Assembly (NCBI GenBank): GCA_045636445.1
Contig: JAZTXO010000077.1
Span: 2,410-66,409 of the forward strand
Direction: 5' to 3'
Source: Eubacteriales bacterium
GTDB taxonomy: Bacteria; Bacillota; Clostridia; Oscillospirales; CAG-272
DNA length: 64,000 bases
This document shows positions 63,161 through 64,000 of the stretch, one piece after another. Position 1 is the first letter of the stretch, and each line of letters starts with the position of its first letter. Both the position numbers and the translations under genes were made by a program. The notes beneath the pieces are model-generated. The model was given only the letters and a program-made list of their open reading frames with translations, was not told where the DNA came from and did no database searches.

Positions 63161-63379
63161 AGAATTATCTAACAGCCTACGAAAACAATCCCTCAGCCTC
63201 GTTCCTCGGCAGCTCCCTTTACACAAGGGAGCCTATAATGATCATAGTAGGTAGAAAAGCCGCCTATCGTTCTTATAAGGACATATCCGGGGCAATTCTT
63301 GCAAATTCAATTGTAGGGGACGGCGCCTCGACGTTCCGCAAAGACGCCTCGACGTTCCTTTATTGTAGCTTTTGGTAGG

Positions 63380-63483
63380 CTTTTCACGAAAAGCCGCCTG
63401 TCGTTCTTTCTAGCGTTCTTCACGAAAAGCCGCCTATCGTTCTTTCTAACGTTCTTCACGAAAAGCCGCCGTTTCCCAACGCT
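63380..63483 (-). repeat. Three tandem ~36-bp type A units (CTTCACGAAAAGCCGCCTATCGTTCTTTCTAACGTT) abutting the stop codon of the M16 peptidase gene
   Basis: Read directly. It is the reverse complement of the units at 37188-37254. The innermost unit forms the perfect hairpin GGCTTTT-CACG-AAAAGCC. Confidence 0.9.
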
Positions 63484-63485
63484 AA

Positions 63486-64000
63486 CTACTCTCTCGGTGA
63501 AATTATTTCAGCTCCCGAAAGATTAACAAGAGTTTCCTTACCTGCAACCACCGCATAGGCTGCCTTTTTCATTTCCTCATCAAGCATTTCGGCAACCGAA
63601 AGAAGAGCCGCTTTGTCGCATTTAAGCATATCCGAAAGCTGTTTTTCTTCCATATCGCTATCCCAGCCGGTTATATAGTCGGCAGTTGCTTGAATTGCCG
63701 CAAGTCTTGGGGTTTTCAGGGTGTCAAAATCACCCACCGCACCGATAATATAGCCTGTAAGGTCGGGGGAATCTTCAAGAAATTCTCTTAAAAATCTGCC
63801 CGACTCCGAAAAGACATCAACGCTAAGATGGGGCTTCGGGTCACGGTAGGAAGAGAATATCACCTGGCCGTAACGCCTTGAAGCAACTCCTGCTCCGTAT
63901 GCGCCGCCGCGGAGACGGATTTCTGTCCAAAGATACTCAAAGGAAAGTATAGTACCCGCAACCTTCAAAGCTCCGAGCATATCTCTCGCTCTGTCCGAAA
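63486..64000 (-). CDS. Insulinase-family (M16C, PreP-like) metallopeptidase, C-terminal fragment; the 5' part lies beyond the window end
   Basis: The frame is open to the window end. EYLWTEIRLRGGAYGAG..FSSYRDP is typical of the M16C C-terminal domain. Confidence 0.7.
   Translation of the reverse strand, partial: SDRARDMLGALKVAGTILSFEYLWTEIRLRGGAYGAGVASRRYGQVIFSSYRDPKPHLSVDVFSESGRFLREFLEDSPDLTGYIIGAVGDFDTLKTPRLAAIQATADYITGWDSDMEEKQLSDMLKCDKAALLSVAEMLDEEMKKAAYAVVAGKETLVNLSGAEIISPRE

Noticed and set aside
62968-63378. 136-aa plus-strand ORF from the track.
   Set aside because: It is composed almost entirely of translated tandem repeats (STSRK x3, IVGDGAST x2). It has no RBS and lies in a repeat-filled intergenic region.

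Overview
This looks like a chromosomal segment from a low-GC Gram-positive, Clostridia-like bacterium. That is inferred from TTGACA-17-TATAAT promoters, GGAGG-type RBSs, lipobox lipoproteins, and the gene pairs pth-mfd, secG-rnr, DUF1385-prmC and dnaD/dnaI-type loaders. I can support about 50 protein genes and 3 tRNAs.

Most genes are housekeeping:
- csoR-copA, secG, rnr, tadA
- mfd, pth, nadE, prmC, ddl, murI
- rbfA, nrnA, rimI, tsaD, rex
- replication-loader genes and a three-gene FAD-oxidoreductase/DUF1667 operon

Accessory content:
1. An AraC-linked locus of about 15 kb (21.8-37.2 kb). It is built around a 1,924-aa lipoprotein carrying an alpha/alpha-toroid-like domain and six beta-sandwich-like modules. 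The locus also holds a signal-less toroid paralogue, an unannotated 43-codon ORF, a secreted one-module protein, and cytoplasmic GH92-like, DUF4838, ROK and SIS enzymes. It encodes no transporter. This is my best candidate for an uncharacterised system.
2. A divergent pair at 45.4-47.1 kb. One gene is a ThyX-fold protein lacking the RHRX7S motif. The other is a phage-type replisome-organiser-like gene with 22-bp-phased DNA repeats that ignore the reading frame.
3. An XRE/SLOG (DUF1273) cassette bracketed by 46-bp direct repeats, plus a second SLOG gene nearby.

The non-coding DNA is unusual. Several families of short tandem or hairpin repeats sit immediately after stop codons, always in the same orientation relative to the upstream gene. 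They include tandem mini-hairpins with GAA/AAA triloops and 150-190-bp composite elements.

All calls come from reading the sequence and the supplied ORF track. No database search, RNA folding or alignment software was run, so family names are motif-level recognitions.
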